NCBI RefSeq assembly: GCF_006345805.1
Contig: NC_043011.1
Coordinates: 30,516,464 to 30,580,463, forward strand
DNA length: 64,000 nucleotides
Reading direction: 5' to 3'
Origin: Octopus sinensis
Taxonomy: Eukaryota
The notes beneath the pieces are model-generated. The model was given only the letters and a program-made list of their open reading frames with translations, was not told the DNA's origin and made no database searches. Shown here piece by piece: positions 14,561 to 27,400 of this stretch. Each line of letters opens with the position of its first letter. Within the stretch, counting starts at the first letter, position 1. A program made the position numbers and the translations under genes.

Positions 14561-15072
14561 GGGAGAGGTGGAAATGTCAATAACAGTAGAGCGCTAACAA
14601 CAATTGAGCTTGTGCCGCCACCACTATCACGACTGTCAGCAAACAGGTTTTCAACAATAAGTATAGTCGAATCAGACGTAATTTAAAATCTTGTTTAATT
14701 GTTACTGTTCACTACAAAGAGCGAAAAAAAATGGCAAGGACGATAAATCTATCCTCGGCTGTTTTTAATTAAAATAATCACATAGTTAATTAAAAGGAAT
14801 TAATTTAAGACGTTTAAATGTTTAGAATTAATTAGTCGATTTATTTGTAAACAAGTTAATTGCTATTCTATCTCTTTGTGTTTGTAGTTTGGTAGGGAAA
14901 ATAAGAATCGCTTCGCAAAGAGAGGACATTATTCTAATTTCCCATAGTGAGTGGTTAGCCGTGGCGGACACAAGCGGGAAATCGGTTGTTCATATGTTAT
15001 AACCGGCACCACGTAGAGTTTATAGCTAAGGCATTTTTGTTAGTTTGAGAGAGAGTGAGAGACCAGTATATG

Positions 15073-15117
<45 letters not shown>

Positions 15118-15529
15118 CAGTCTCTCACACTCTCTAAAACTAGCAAAATGTCTTAGCTATAGAGTCTATAGCTAAGGCATTTTGCTAGTTTGAGAGAGAG
15201 AGTGAGAGACCAGTATATATGTATATATATATATATATACATACACATATAGGGAGTGTGTGTGTGAGAGAGAGAGAGAGAAATCCACTAAACAGTGTAC
15301 TCTCGGACATGTAACATATCTTTATTCTGTCACATATGTGTTGCAGTGTCGATTCAGTTTATGCAGTTGTAGAGTACAAACACTAAATATCGTAGAGCAG
15401 AGGAAAAGTAAGATCAGAGTTTGACGGGGGAAGTCCAGTGATTGTAAAGGACTTGTGACTGCACGGCCTAAGATGCCTAAGATGCACCATGGTCACAAAT
15501 GATGGGTAGGACGAGAGGTTATCCTGTAT

Positions 15530-15737
15530 AATAGATTTGATTTAGATACAAGTTTGTGGTGAGGGGATGGGTCGGTTCCATCCGTCCAGGTACTTGAGTG
15601 GTACTTTGTTTTATCGGCCCTGAAAGAGTGAAAGACGATGCTAGCCTCACTGAGACTGAACTCAGAACATAAAGAGCAGAAACAAAATATTACAAAGCAT
15701 TTTTCTGATGTTCTAAAGATTTTGCCAGTTCGCAACC
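15530..15737 (-). mobile_element. SINE family B, degenerate
   Basis: GTACTTGAGTGGTACTTTGTTTTATCGGCCC...TTGCCAGTTCGC. Confidence 0.65.
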
Positions 15738-15974
15738 TTCTTTGTATTACACAGTATAGTGATCCCGAAAAATAATTAGAAACTACTTGATCACAAATTG
15801 GTGTACAAGTAGTTATGTGATAATAAAATTAAAACAAATGAAGGTACTTTGTTATTAATAAACATAGAATGAAGATGATATATAAACTATTATATTTATC
15901 GATAGAATGGACCAGACAAACAGGATATAATGACCTTGACCAACATTAATTATTTGACTTGTGAAGCGAAGTAT

Positions 15975-16016
15975 ATGCATGTATGTATGTATGTATGTAT
16001 GTATGTATGTATGTAC

Positions 16017-16047
<31 letters not shown>

Positions 16048-16273
16048 TGTATGTACATATGTATGTATGTATGTATTTATGTATGTATTACGCGGGAGTG
16101 CGTATTTGTGTACTAGAGGAATATTGTGTGGTTGCATGTATGTGCATGCGAGTGAAAATCTGTGTGCGTGTCTGTGTGTGTGTGTGTATGTTTGTGTGGG
16201 CTCGTTCGTCTGTTCACGCATTGAATGAGTAGATCTGTGTACGTAGGTGAATATATAATTATATATATGTGTG

Positions 16274-16347
<74 letters not shown>

Positions 16348-16380
16348 TGTGTGTGTAGACATGAGAGTGTGAGCATGCGT
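15975..16380. repeat. (TATG)n/(TG)n microsatellites
   Basis: Direct inspection. Confidence 0.95.
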
Positions 16381-16459
16381 ATGTGCATACATAAGCCCAC
16401 ACTTAGATTCATTTACTCATAAGTTCACACATACCTTAGCTGTATTCCTTTATACACAC

Positions 16460-16855
16460 ACTAGCAGTATCGCCCGGCGTTGCTCGGGATTGTAAGGGAA
16501 ATAACTATAAAGCATGTTTAGAGAGTTATAGCCAAAAAATAGCAAAAAATGCATTAAAAATGGAAAAAAAATTATGGTAATTTTTTTTTAAATCGTTGAC
16601 TCATCGTAAACATTTTTAGAGCGTTACTTCCCTTATATTAAAAAAAAATATGCATTAAAATGGAAAAAATGATGATAAATTATTTTTAAAATCGTAGACT
16701 CATCGTAGACGCGCGCTAATACCCAGAAGGGCTTGATATGAATCACGACTATAAGATACCCGGTTTTGGTTAAACTGCACCGCAAAATGTGGGAGTAGTT
16801 AGGAATCTAAATCGGAGTAGACAGACACACAACCTTTCTTTTATATGTAAAGATA
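16460..16855 (+). mobile_element. Helitron-related non-autonomous element (DINE/Lep1-like architecture)
   Basis: 5' ACTAGCAGTATCGCCCGGCGTTGCTCGGG, an internal ~115-bp-period duplication, and a 3' GACAGACACAC...TTTTATATGTAAAGA end. Confidence 0.55.
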
Positions 16856-17049
16856 TACACACATATGCACACACAGATACCCACAGCCATATATATATAC
16901 ATGTATGTATGTATGAATGTATGTATGTATGTATGTATGTATGTGTGTATGTATGTATGTATTTACACATAGACACAATCGACGTCACTTGTGAACAAAC
17001 TATTTATAAAGTGACCGTCTCCAGGTCAGCTGATTGTTAGTAAACTTAC

Positions 17050-17145
17050 TTCATATAACCACTGTGAGTACACTATTTGGGTCACAAATGACGCCCATAA
17101 TTTTCTCAGCGATTCAATGGACGTATTCGTTGATGCACATAAATT
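17050..17145 (-). CDS. Candidate 96-nt coding exon (unverified): NLCASTNTSIESLRKLWASFVTQIVYSQWLYE
   Basis: Acceptor TTTTACTGTTTGTCATTCTTAG, donor GAA|GTAAGT, open phase 0-0, non-repetitive; no homology recognised. Confidence 0.3.
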
Positions 17146-17264
17146 CTAAGAATGACAAACAGTAAAATTCTTTCTTTAATGTGGCAATGCGACGAAGGTC
17201 AAGTAGGTGTATGTGGAAGCGAGCAACTAGAACCGGTCTGTTTCATCTTAATTGCATTACATGC

Positions 17265-17494
17265 ATGCCATCGACAAAAAGTGACACCAGTGGTGATCGG
17301 AGCGTTGGGCTCAATCCCATTGAAACTTCAAAACTTCTTAAGGCAACTGGAAATCGCATGCAAGATTGATGTCTTGCAAAAAGCAGCCTTATTGGGCACA
17401 TCTTAAAGAAAATATTATCTGTCTGAGGTCCCTATTGCGACCTGACAGATGACTAAATACTCCGGTGCATTTTTACCTAAATTGTGTTACGAGG

Positions 17495-17495
<1 letters not shown>
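17265..17495 (+). mobile_element. R4/Dong-like LINE 3' end followed by (TAA)n
   Basis: RQKVTPVVIGALGSIPLKLQNFLRQLEIACKIDVLQKAALLGT, the C-terminus of the RLE domain; (TAA)n at 17496-17551. Confidence 0.8.
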
Positions 17496-17551
<56 letters not shown>

Positions 17552-17552
<1 letters not shown>

Positions 17553-18081
17553 CTCATGGCTTCTGATCTTAACTGATTGGAAGTGTTATCATGTACATTG
17601 TTTTGTCTTGGTATAAAAGATGGGCTAGGGCAAATATTCTGCTCAATACCACAGATTTGCTTGTCAGTTGTTTGACCTTTAACCAGTTGAGCATGTCCCT
17701 TAGTGGCTGACGATATGTGCATCTCTGATCACGAGCAGAAGTAGTGGGGGAGCATCATAGCCATGTGTTGAGAGGGATTCTTTGGGGTTTGAATAATTCA
17801 CCTCTGGAAACATAGGTGTTTCGTTCAACATCCTAAAGCAACCCTTATTCAGGGACCTTTTGAGCGGGATGGGCTACTCAACCTGAAGAAAATTCTAACT
17901 GGGCCCCACCTGCAAGGTCATGTGCTGTTTATCTTGATATGAGATCACTATGTCGCGCACATGTGGTTGTGATGCATGTGCCTGGTGTACCCTTATCAGA
18001 CGGGTAGTCATGATGGGTATATTGGGCTTCGTATATTTTACCCCAGTGTCACTTTGATGGCATGAACTGCTCTCTCACTCA
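17552..18081. mobile_element. Non-coding element flanked on both sides by (TAA)n (probable Dong-associated non-autonomous element or UTR)
   Basis: Complex 530-bp block between two TAA arrays; recognised as a repeat typical of octopus DNA; no coding similarity seen. Confidence 0.45.
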
Positions 18082-18082
18082 A

Positions 18083-18143
<61 letters not shown>

Positions 18144-18146
<3 letters not shown>

Positions 18147-18717
18147 CATTCAAACTTCACCATTCAAACTGACAGAAAGATAGATGCAAATAGGCCAGAC
18201 ATCATATTGAAAGACTTCAGACAAAGAACATGCCTCCTCATTGATATGACTGTCCCAATCGATATAAACGTATCTGTCAAGACCTACCAAAAACTGAGCA
18301 AATATAAAGATCTTGAAATAGAAATCAGCAAAATGTGGAACCTGAAGACTAAAACAATACCTGTTGTCATAGGTGCCCTGGGAATGAGAGCGAAAGGGGC
18401 TGATTGCTACCTAACTCAGATACCAGAAAACCCCAAAATGGCAGAAAATCAAAAGATAGTGCTCACGGGAACTGCTCATATACTACGCAAAATACTCTCT
18501 ATGTAATCCCAAGGTTTAAAACAAATTTTTTTTTTTAATTTATTTATTAGACATTCACTAGTACAACACCAAAAAGGAAAAGAAGGGAAAAAACCACAAA
18601 TATATGGCACACTAGGCATAACAACAACGTGAACTTCCTACCTGTTGTCTCTTGAGGTCTCTGGGTGCGACTTGGAGCCAACTTGTACAAACATAAAGCA
18701 AAAGTCAAACATAGAAA

Positions 18718-18718
<1 letters not shown>
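18144..18718 (+). mobile_element. R4/Dong-like LINE 3' fragment (RLE domain + 3'UTR) followed by (TAA)n
   Basis: NRPDIILKDFRQRTCLLIDMTVPIDINVSVKTYQKLSKYKDL...IPVVIGALG...TAHILRKILSM* (PD..D/E..K RLE motif). Confidence 0.9.
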
Positions 18719-18762
<44 letters not shown>

Positions 18763-18857
18763 GCGCATGCGTGGCTGTCTATAGGCGAAGGCGTGGTTGT
18801 CCATAGAGGCAGGTGTGGCTGTCAAACGGGTCAGGCATGACTGCCCATAATTGTAGG

Positions 18858-18945
18858 CGTAGCTGCGTGGTAAGAAGCTTATTCCCCAACCACATAGTTC
18901 CGGGCTCAGTTCCACTGTATGGCACCTTGGGCAAGTGTCTTCTAT
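18858..18945 (+). mobile_element. SINE family A head fragment
   Basis: GCGTAGCTGCGTGGTAAGAAGC...GGCACCTTGGGCAAGTGTC. Confidence 0.7.
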
Positions 18946-18972
18946 TACAGACACTCACTCAATAATGATTAC

Positions 18973-19034
<62 letters not shown>

Positions 19035-19044
19035 TAATAATAAT

Positions 19045-19195
19045 CATAATAATCCTCTCTACTATAGACACAAGGCCTGAAATTTGGTGGGACGGTTTGA
19101 GTAGTTTACGTCGACCCCAGTACTCAACTAGTACTTAATTTATCGATCCCTTGAGGACGAAAAGCAAAGTCGATCTCGGCGGATCGACTTCCTCA
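19045..19195 (-). mobile_element. SINE family B, tail type 2, whose (TTA)n tail forms the 18961-19051 array
   Basis: AATCCTCTCTACTATAGACACAAGGCCTGAAATTT...AAAGTCGATCTCGGCGG. Confidence 0.7.
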
Positions 19196-20012
19196 AACAC
19201 CCGCGGCTTTGCTCGCTAGGACTATTTTATTGATGATAAAATATGCCGTCTCGGCTTTCAGTCAGTCGATAAACTTGAGTATGTCAATCATTTGTTTTCT
19301 AGAAGATCAACAAAGAACTGTAATTGAAAACCACTGCTTTGCTATTTGTGACATAACTGCATTGTATTATATATAGTGCAAGTTTTTTCAAGCTAATTAC
19401 AATTAGCTGTCTACAATTAATTGAGGTCTGGCGAGCTAGAAGGCCATGTGTTCGGGAAAACATGACCATGGAGATTATCATGCATCCATCCTTGGGTTGT
19501 TTCAGCCTTATGCGGCCTCACAGAAGACGTACCGTCTTCCGCTGCGTTCTCTACCTATTCAAGACCTTATAACTTTCTCCAACACCTCTGTGGCATTGAC
19601 TCTTAAACCATGAGAAGAAAAAAGTGAGGAGGCATAACAGTTCCCTCGTTGCTGCCAAACTCTCGAAGAGCTGGGACGAAATAACACTGAAATTACAGCC
19701 GTTCATGACGTTAAAATAATATGAAGTTATATCAGATATAAATACACACATAAGAAGAGTCAGGAGAGCAGAGGTGTTTGTAGTTGCTAAAACGCTAACA
19801 TTATAGTCTAGCTTTAGGTTCGGAGACGCTTTACTTTTAAGCAGAAATGTGATGGCGATGAAATGGTAAAGTTCTGAATTAAAATTCTTTCGGCATTTAG
19901 TTTCGAGCCTTTATATTCCGTGTTCAAATCTTCAGGAAGATATGGAAATAAGTAGCATGTAGTGATATTTTGCTTCCCGGCAATCTTTAGTATCAGTCAA
20001 TACACAATCTTT

Positions 20013-20243
<231 letters not shown>

Positions 20244-21749
20244 AACAATGATTTCTAAATTTGGCTGTTTTTGAAAGTGTAATTAGTTGACTACATATGA
20301 ATAGTTAGTTGCATTATTCCCCGGAGTGATACAAAGTAAACTCCACACTTACAGTATTCGAACTATCACTGTAAACAGAAGAAACTGATTATTGCATGTT
20401 GTTGCATAGCCCCAGTTTGGAAATGAATCTATCAGGTTCCTAGTGAAAGGAATTAAAGCTAAGCCCAACTCAATTTTTTTGTAGATCAGTAACACCATTT
20501 TCCAATAAGTCTTTCCTTCCTTGCAGGACTGTAGGACATGAATCGAGTGACACTAGTTGCTATGTCTAGTCTCCATATAGAGGTTCCCGCTTGAATTTAA
20601 TATGCCACTCTTCTTCTATCATTGCAGTTCAGTAAATTGAAATCAAAACTAGCTATTAAATAATGAGTAGAAAGTTCTGGAATAACTTATCGTTGCAAAT
20701 TTCGCGCAATAACTTCTCTTCATGGGCATTTATTTAGCATCAATGCACCTTTTATTGTATACCCACTCATATAAGAAGTGTCTTATTTACAAATATGAAA
20801 TTAAAAGTTTTTTTTTTTTAATCCAACATAGAATTCCCAGCTGTAATTTTCTTCTGCAGTTTTCTTAGGTTTTAATGCACCGAGAAATTACCGTGAACAC
20901 TAGAGCAAGGACATTGTTAGCTTACTTTACAATTTCTTTTAAATGAATAAGCATTTTCTCTTTTATATACCACATGTAACCACACCCATGGCTGAAAAGA
21001 TAGGTACAATTCATAAATTGTGAATGGGTATGGGCTACAGTATAGAGACAGGTGCATGGCAATTTATAGAGGTAGCATGAAAATGTGTACGCATGTGTAT
21101 AAATGTCATATATAAATATATGAGTCACTGTGTATATGTATATATTGAGTGTTTGGTTTCTGCCATTGGAATGCGGTCATACTGGAGCATTGCATTCTGG
21201 GCTTTAGTCAAACAAAAAGACCCCAGTATTTATTTCAGTCTGATATTTGCCTTATCGATCTCTATCGACCAGCATCATAAACATACACCGGTTTTGACAT
21301 AAATAGAAGGTGTATGCTTGCACACATAGATGCACACACTCATAATATATGCACATACATACCCCCCTCTCTCTTTCTCTCTCTCCCTCACTCTTTCTTG
21401 CTATCTCTTTTCCTTCCCTATCCTCTGTCTGTGTACACACTCACACACACAACTATCCCTGTTTATTGTGGGCAATGTCGCAACACATCAAAGTATTCGA
21501 ATATGTTAAACACAAGCAAGGAAAACTGTTGACTGAGATCTAATCTTAGAGAAACCGATACTTGTTGATTTTCTGAAATACAGAAAAAAGCCTTTTGAAA
21601 ATTGATTTCAGTTAAATAGGATACGTTTTTTTTTTGCTTTGTTTTTGAGTTTATTGATTACATCAAAATAATCAAAAAGAAAAAAAAAACATATAATTGA
21701 ATGTTTTTGTTGTTTCTTTAAATATTAAGATGAGCTGATAGAATTGTTA

Positions 21750-21935
21750 AAATGGCGGACAAACGACTTAGCAGCATATCGTCCATCTTTATATTCTGAT
21801 TTCAAATCCCACGTAAGTCGGCTTTGCCTTTCATCTTTTCTGGGTCGATAAAATAAGTATCAGTCAAGTACTGGGGTCGATGTAATCGACTCTCAAAAAC
21901 TATTTGCCCTGTGTCAAAATTTGAAGCTATTATTT
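21750..21935 (+). mobile_element. SINE family B, tail type 2
   Basis: GCTTTGCCTTTCATCTTTTCTGGGTCGATAAAATAAGTATCAG...CAAAATTTGAAGC. Confidence 0.7.
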
Positions 21936-22794
21936 CTTTAGATATTTCGAAAAGAATAGGGTTTTGTTTTTCAATGATCTTTGCGTATAAACAAATAACA
22001 GCTAGGTTCATCTCATTTTCCCAACTCTCTCTATTTCATTCCACTCATATCTAGAACATTTCTTTGGAATATTAAATCGTCCCCATCGTTCTACTGGAGC
22101 TTAATTTTATGAATTCCTAAAGGTTGAAAGGCAAAATTAAGCTTGGCAGAATTTGAATTCGTTGTAATTAAAGAGTTGTAAGTAAATGCTTCAGTTGTTT
22201 TGCCAATCGTTCTTGCGATTCAACAGGATCTTCACCCTGTGTCGAATCCTTTTCTTTTTTAAGAATTTTAATTCAAGAGTTCTCTAATTGAGAATTTTTT
22301 CGTTTACACCTTGGCTTTGTCTGTTCCGTTTTGAAGATCACCTTTATCATATTTTTCATGTTGCTTTAACTTTAGAATGCCTTTGTTACTGAAATCTACA
22401 TATTTACTTTAGAATTAATAGACGAAGGAAAAAAGTTGAGGGTTTCGATATCGAACAGGAGATCTGACCTCTGCACTTTCAATATTGTATACCATACAAT
22501 TTCTTTAGAAGCCGCTTGAGACAGGAAAAAGTTGCAGTCCTTGTTAAAGGATCCTAACAGCCGATATTTTTGTATCTATGCTGTATGTAATTAAAGATAT
22601 CGCCATAAACAAAAAGGGAGGTAACAAGAGAACAATAGAGAACCAGAGGGTAGTTTCTTCCTTTTCTTTTGTATTTCAGGTACTCCGAAATTTGACCACC
22701 ATTTTCGACAATGATTGGAGATATTAGGCGACAATCTTTCGAAAATTACCTCTCATATTGATGGGGTAAACCTCAAAACAACAATAATAATAAT

Positions 22795-22972
22795 GATTTC
22801 AAATTTTGGCACAATGCCAGTAATTTCAGGGAAGGAGACAATTAACTATATTGATCCCGAAAGTATGTAAGGCAATGCCGACCTCGGCGGAATTTGAACT
22901 TAGAACTAACGACAGGCGAAATGCCGCTAAGCATTTTGCCTTGCGTACCAACGTTTCTGTCAGGTCACCGCT
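22795..22972 (-). mobile_element. SINE family B, tail type 2
   Basis: CCGACCTCGGCGGAATTTGAACTTAGAAC...AATGCCGCTAAGCATTTTGCC. Confidence 0.7.
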
Positions 22973-24098
22973 TTAGATAATAACTTATAGGTTCTGGGAA
23001 ACTTTCACGTTTTGTAAATGTTCTTCCTTATATTTTGAGGCATGAATTTATATATCATTATGATATTGTTTCATTTTGTTAAAGCTGTATATATTAATGA
23101 TTTAGAAAACGGATTGTGGGTCGTGACTAATTACAATTTAGATAATGTATAGTGTTAGCAAAGATAAAATGAATCTGATCTTCTTTAGCAGCAAAGTGAT
23201 TCGTCAGTCCCTTGCGCTGTTCGTAGCAGAGACTGGATATTTTTTTACGTACATCCTCAACTTTGACATATACTTCGATTAATTATCGATGAAAAAATTT
23301 TACTGAACTGTGAATTCACTGAAGCCATCTCTCTCTCTGCAAGATGGCAGCATTAAAACACTTATTTCAAACCTGAGCTGACGTTCTTCAATATGCAGTA
23401 TATTACCGTGCATCTGATGTGCATCACAATTTACTTAATTTTTCATCACTACCCTGGTACCTACTTTTATATAATTAAGTGTATGAGTTGTGAAAAAAAT
23501 CATAATTTGTTATATTGTGTTCATTGCATTAGGCAATCATGCTGAATTAAAAATTGCTTTTGTCCAGTATCGTAAAACCTCATAGCATCAACAACATATA
23601 GTTGCAACATGCTGGGTTTTCTGTTCACATAGTAGAAGCAGAATGGTCTGCCTGACTTTGAATTTTAGAACATTAAGTTACCTTTCCTCTAGGCGAATAA
23701 AGTTTTGCATCAAATGAATAAAAAAAAAACAGCGCAATTATAATTTTGGATATTTTTTGCCTGAAATTATGACTTTCCTAAGTTAACGCATCAGTGAATA
23801 GGATAAAACTACAGAGGAGGAAATCTTACTACATCATTTAGAGGATCATTTCTAAATCCTAACGTGTCACAGTGAGTGAATTTTTCTAACGTTGTATGAT
23901 CCAACAGAAACTTGCTCATTTTGATGTATCAAACGAGGACTAAATTATCTTTACCATTGTCTGTGTCTTATTTGAGCTTTTCTCAGTTTAAGCAACTGTC
24001 CATTGTTTGTCTTTTCTCTTAGTACAGGTTGTTTTTCTCTAAGCTGTTCTTGATAGTCTTTGTTCAACATATATCCCTGCATCTCTCACTATCTGTCT

Positions 24099-24137
<39 letters not shown>

Positions 24138-25019
24138 TTGCCGATGATCAGCTCGTTGTTCACTGCCTAAATTTACTGTTTACATGTTTGACTTTCTCTT
24201 TGATACCATAAGTATTCTGTACATTCGCACCCAGCCATATTGGGTTTTCTTAGCTCACATTCTGCAAAGATCAATTTCCTTTATATCTTATCAACCTCGA
24301 TACAATACGTCATGTGCAAGATAAATTCAAATAACTTCATTCATTCTCTGAGAACTTGTGTCGATGTAAAAAGTCATTCTTCTTATTAACATTAACATGT
24401 CATTAAAAACGAGTCTTTGGATCTAACTGTGCCATATTCCTTACAAATGGAATGTTTCTATTCAATATAAGCTTTCCTTTAACCGCATTTAGAAACCTAA
24501 AAATAAAAGTTACTATTTTTGGTTTAATTGTCCAAACAGGAAGAAAAATAATTACGACCAAAAATGGTTTAATAGAAAATAAAAGAACATATAGATTTAA
24601 TAGCTTGTTCGGACTGGTAAGATATGTTTTATTTGTTTCCAGTTGTTTGCATTACATTATTTCTTATGTTCTAAATATTTTATGGCAACTTCCTTTCAAC
24701 TCAACATAATACTTCATACGTCTATATCATAATACTTCGTACGTCTATATCAAACAGTAATAATTTGAGAAAGATTTAGCAGCCGCTATTCTTAGCATGT
24801 CGTGCAATTATACGTAAGCTCCTTCGTGTGTTGTTACTTTCACGTTTATTTGAGGCATTCACTGTTGTACAATATTGTAGGCCAAATAAACAATGGAGTT
24901 TGTTGGGTGTAAGAAACGTACCTATCCCTAAACTCTATTGTTAACAAACCGCCATACTACGTCACATTTTTGTCGAACACAACTTTTCATATAGTATGCG
25001 ATACAAATGCTCTACATAT

Positions 25020-25300
25020 ACTAATTTCTTTAGCTGCATTTAGTAGAACTTCCCATTCTGTCTCCAAGTAAGGTAGGATTGTGCACGCAAATATCCTCCA
25101 TCGAATCAAAACCAAAAGCGTTGAATCCACATTATACAAACATCGGTTGAAATGTCTCGGAAATGTCGTCTGTATGTCTGACTTGTATCTTTTACTTATA
25201 ATATTCTACGGTTAGTTACATTATGTTTATCGCATGGAAGTCGAACCAAGCAGACGATTTAGAAAAGCAACTGAAATGGAGGAGAACAACTCTGCAAGAA
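25020..25300 (+). mobile_element. Decayed RTE-like LINE C-terminal fragment
   Basis: ILHRIKTKSVESTLYKHRLKCLGNVVCMSD...IFYG*L resembles the RTE motif RLRWLGHV.RM....K..LYGEL. Confidence 0.45.
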
Positions 25301-25624
25301 TAGAAGACGTTCTCACTATCAGACGTTTTCTATGAAGTTCTCAATACTGGAAGGGAATGGGGGAAGAAACTCAGCAACACTAGAAGGAGGTAGAAAAGAA
25401 ACGTACCAAAAGACTAATACATAAATGCTTCGACCAAATAATGTATCGCTTCCGTACTGTAACCGAAGTTGGTTATCGAAAATTGGGTGGTAGTTACCAG
25501 AGTATCCACAATTGAAGGAGAAGAGAATCATAATCGAATATGGGAAATGAGTATAAACAGGAAGCAACATACATACATACATACATACATACATACATAC
25601 ATACATACATACATACATACATAC

Positions 25625-25797
25625 AACTGGGCACTAGTGACGTTGCAACTCATTTCTACAGCTAAGGGAACTGGAACAACGTGAAACAAAGTGTTTTGCT
25701 CAAGAACACCAGCACACTGCCCTGTCCGGGAACCGAACTCACTACCTCACGATTGTGAACCCGGCGCTCTTACCACTGAGCCATGGGCCTTCACAAC
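25625..25797 (-). mobile_element. SINE family D head fragment
   Basis: GTTGCAACTCATTTCTACAGC...GGGAACCGAACTC...CTTACCACTGAGCCATG. Confidence 0.65.
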
Positions 25798-26359
25798 ATA
25801 CATGCATAATACATACATACAAACATACATACACACATACCTAAATATATATATACACACACTCACATACACAGACACATATATACGTGTGTACGTAGGT
25901 GCTTATGTATGTGCGAATGTGTGTGTATGTGTGTTAATAAACATGTCTGAGAGTGTAGGAAGTTCGTTTAGCAATCATGGTTGCAAGTTCGATCCCATTC
26001 TGGCATATAGGGAATTTCTTTTACCATAGACTCAGGTGGATCCCAAACTTGTGAGTGAGTGAAAATGGGTCGATGAAAATTATGCAGAAGCCCGTCAGAT
26101 GGAATGTACCTTTATGCAAAGTGCCAAAATTGTAGCAAACATTGTCCCACTAATTCGGTCTCAGGGCTATATTAAGGGAACAAATGTTTGCGCTAATACA
26201 ACGAGTTATTAGTTCGAGTGTTAGAAGAATTGGGATGCTAATCGTCGTAGCAGACAGAGGATCCATTTTCCATGTTTCAAGTGTATGGCTATAAAGATCA
26301 TATTAAATATCATTGTTCTCTTTTCAGGGCAAAAGGCATTTAATAAGTAGATAACCCAG

Positions 26360-26830
26360 CATTCTTCTTCTTCTTCCTCATATTCTTCTTTTCTTCTTCT
26401 TCTTCTTCTTCTTCTTCTTCTTCTTCTTCTTCTTCTTCTTCTTCTTCTTCGTCTTCTTCCTCATCTTTTTCTTCTTCATCTTCCTCATCTTTTTCTTCTC
26501 CTTTTTCTTCTTCTTTTTTTTCTTCTTTCTTCTTCTTCTTCCCCATCTTCTTCTTCTTCTTCCCCATCTTCTTCTTCATCTTCCTCATCTTTTTCTTCTT
26601 TTTCTTCTTTCTTCTTCTTCTTCATCTTCCTCATCTTTTTCTTCTTCTTTTCTTCTTCTTCTTCTTCTTCGTCTTCGTCGTCGTCGTCATCATCATCATC
26701 ATCATCATCATCATCTTTTTCTCCGTCTTCGTCGTCGTCGTCGTCATCATTATCATCATCATCATCATCATCATCATCATATTCATCTTCTTCTTCTTCT
26801 TCTTCTTCTTCTTCTTCTTCTTCTTCCTTT
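26360..26830. repeat. (CTT)n/(CAT)n/(CGT)n polypyrimidine tract
   Basis: Direct inspection; source of the K/E/M-rich spurious ORFs. Confidence 0.95.
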
Positions 26831-27328
26831 CCTTCTCCCTGTGCATTCGGTGTCGCTCAGTCCAAACGTTTAACCGACGGTCGTAAATCTTCTTCCAGAA
26901 AGCCCAAACATCGAAAGACAAACGGACTGGGAAAATAAATAACACTGGACTGCATTAATTAACGGAAGCAATTAATAACTAATAAATTCAGTGACACTCT
27001 ACATCATCAATAAATACTTTCCAGATTTAAATTGTCCCCTTGCTATGGTCCAGTGGTTAAAAGTTAATCTTTTCGAATGTAGGTTCGTTTTTCTTTTTCT
27101 ACTTCTAATGTTGCTGTTTAATTATGTCTTGAACATAGCCCCAGGTTTACTATGGCTGGTCAGGCATATGATCGAAGTCGTTCCTAACATGACCATTTTA
27201 TGGAGTATACAGACGACATTATTGAATGTGACCTTTAAGACGGTACTGCTGGATTTCAGTGAGATTTGATTGCGAATTTTACCAACCATTATCAGTGGGC
27301 AATATCTTATGACTTACGGAGCGGGTCC

Positions 27329-27400
<72 letters not shown>

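Noticed and set aside
23250-23950. Possible ancient mariner remnant
   Set aside because: Only vague motif resemblance; no TIR pair or reliable translation.
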